Source: Camelus dromedarius (lineage: Eukaryota). From it: a stretch of 64,000 nt of DNA. The translations under genes and the position numbers were made by a program. Under the pieces are notes generated by a model, which searched no databases, was not told the DNA's origin, and saw nothing but the letters and a program-made list of their open reading frames with translations. Of the stretch, positions 62,581 to 64,000 are shown one piece after another. The stretch's first letter is position 1, and each line of letters begins with the position of its first letter. Where the stretch lies: the NCBI RefSeq assembly GCF_036321535.1, contig NC_087445.1, forward strand, positions 8,620,001-8,684,000, read 5' to 3'.

Positions 62581-63509
62581 GGTGGGAAATTAGGTTGGAA
62601 AGGTCAGACAGGGACCAGATCAAAAAAGTCAGCATAAGAAATGGAGATTTTTCTTGGAGACAGTGGGGAACCTCTGAAGAGGGGTTTCTGAAGGGGTTCT
62701 GACTGATCAGATTGGGATTTTAGAAAGAGTGCTCCAGAGAGAGCTGGAAAGAGGGAGGGAAGAGAAGAGGTTATGGCAGCAATTCGTGGGGAATTGAGTC
62801 TGAATTAGAACTACAGCAGCAGGTAGAGAAGAGTCAAAATTACTGAGGAAATGTAAGCCACGAGGAAGATGAAATATTTTGCCAATTTACACCCCTTGTA
62901 GCAAGGTTTGAGGCTGGCCATTGCACTGCCATGTCACCCGCACTGAATGATTCTATAATTTTAAATTCTTTCCAGTTGAATAGACAAACACATCAGTGTT
63001 GTTTCTGTTTTCCTTTCTTTGCTTGTTGAAGATATTTTTTCATGCTTAGAGGCCATTTGTATCTTATATATACAAAATGTATTTTGTCTATTTTTTCTAC
63101 CATAATGCATTTTTTAATTGATTTCTAAAGTCTCTGATATCCTTTTATATGATTCAACACTGCTCAGGTAGAGCCAGCGAGGACAATGGTAGGGAGTTAG
63201 GGTAGAAACAAAGACAAACACATGCCAAATGCTGCAATATGTAGTGGAGAGTGAGCTGGCCCTGTAAATAGCAGCAGGAAATTGTGTGTAAGGCAAGGCA
63301 CATAATACACATCATGGAGGGAAGAAGAGCTTTTGTAAGAGGATGGAAAAAAAATCAATGATCTAGAATTGGCACAGGACTTCAGGAAGAACTCCAGGTG
63401 CACCCTTTTGCCCTGCAGCACGTAAGTCAAAGGAAAATGATCAGTCCCTTGAGGGGAGAAGCAGCTGTCATGTAAGGCCAGATGGTAAAGAGAGAGTTCA
63501 GGGAAGGTG

Positions 63510-63800
63510 TATGAATTAGCCATTGCTGTATAACAAAGAACTCCAAACTCTCAGAGTGTGTAAGCATTTATTTAACTTATGTGTCTGTGGTATATGGGGT
63601 TCGCTGACCTAGGCTGGACCTGGTTTGGTCAACTCATCTAGGGCATCTTCATGTTGTATGGCAATCATCCTCCCCCGGGGCCATTGGGCTAACCTGGGCA
63701 TGTTCTTCTTCCGTCAGTACAGGTCCCGTTGGTCAGGGCAGGTCACGTGGCCAAGCCCAACATCAATGGAGTGGGGAAGTGTACTATTCCCATGAAAGTA
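63510..63800 (-). mobile_element. MLT1 (H/I-like) LTR
   Basis: ttagccattgctgtataacaaagaactccaaact...gggcatgttcttct...ggtcacgtggccaagcccaacatcaatggagtggggaagt. Confidence 0.75.
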
Positions 63801-64000
63801 GAAGAAAGCAGTGGATGATCTGTGACAGGAGTGGAGTTTACTTTATGGTCAGTTGTAGTTCTGGAGAATACAGGCAAAGTGAGGGACATCAAGGAGGTTC
63901 AGAGGTGGGCAGAGCATGAAGAAAGATGATGTACCAAGCAGAATAAAGAGAATGATTCAGAGGGGCTTGAATTTTGCAGAGTGTCCAGCGTGGGTTGTGG

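Noticed and set aside
63419..63421. Possible 3-nt microexon ctgcag|CAC|gtaagt
   Set aside because: Upstream sequence is purine- and AG-rich, with no extended pyrimidine tract or AG-exclusion zone.
1..64000. A novel multi-gene system, CRISPR-like array, intact ERV, intact transposase or processed pseudogene
   Set aside because: No ORF exceeds 133 aa, there is no regularly spaced repeat-spacer array, no paired LTRs with internal genes, and no mRNA-like insert with polyA and TSD. The recurring near-identical segments are dispersed L1 3' ends.

Overview
This is AT-rich, CpG-depleted placental-mammal genomic DNA. It is most likely camelid (camel/alpaca/llama), because it carries two tRNA-derived SINEs of the camelid Vic-1 type and cetartiodactyl-style L1 3' ends, and I saw no Alu, BovB/Bov-tA, PRE1 or carnivore SINEs. 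I could not recognise any protein-coding gene, RNA gene or retrocopy, so the window looks intergenic or deep-intronic. The only ORF-track entries with recognisable protein sequence are LINE-1 ORF2 remnants; the rest look like chance ORFs. A large part of the window is transposable-element debris: about 10 lineage-recent 5'-truncated L1s (several with target-site duplications, TSDs), ancient L1M/L1ME, L2, MIR, solo LTRs (MER34-like, MER41-like, MLT1, LTR33-like) and DNA transposons (Tigger, MER2, MER5, MER45, hAT-Tip100). The best-supported unusual observations are a miniature L1 insertion with 3'-transduction anatomy (50151-50265), an internally deleted L1 splitting a MIR, a nested insertion stack in an old L1 ORF2, coincident L1 5' breakpoints, and a non-repetitive CpG-enriched promoter/enhancer-like island at 45.4-46.2 kb with candidate + strand exons downstream. 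I cannot support a claim of a new biological system. Repeat family names come from recalled consensus sequences, not a database search, and the boundaries of old repeats are approximate.
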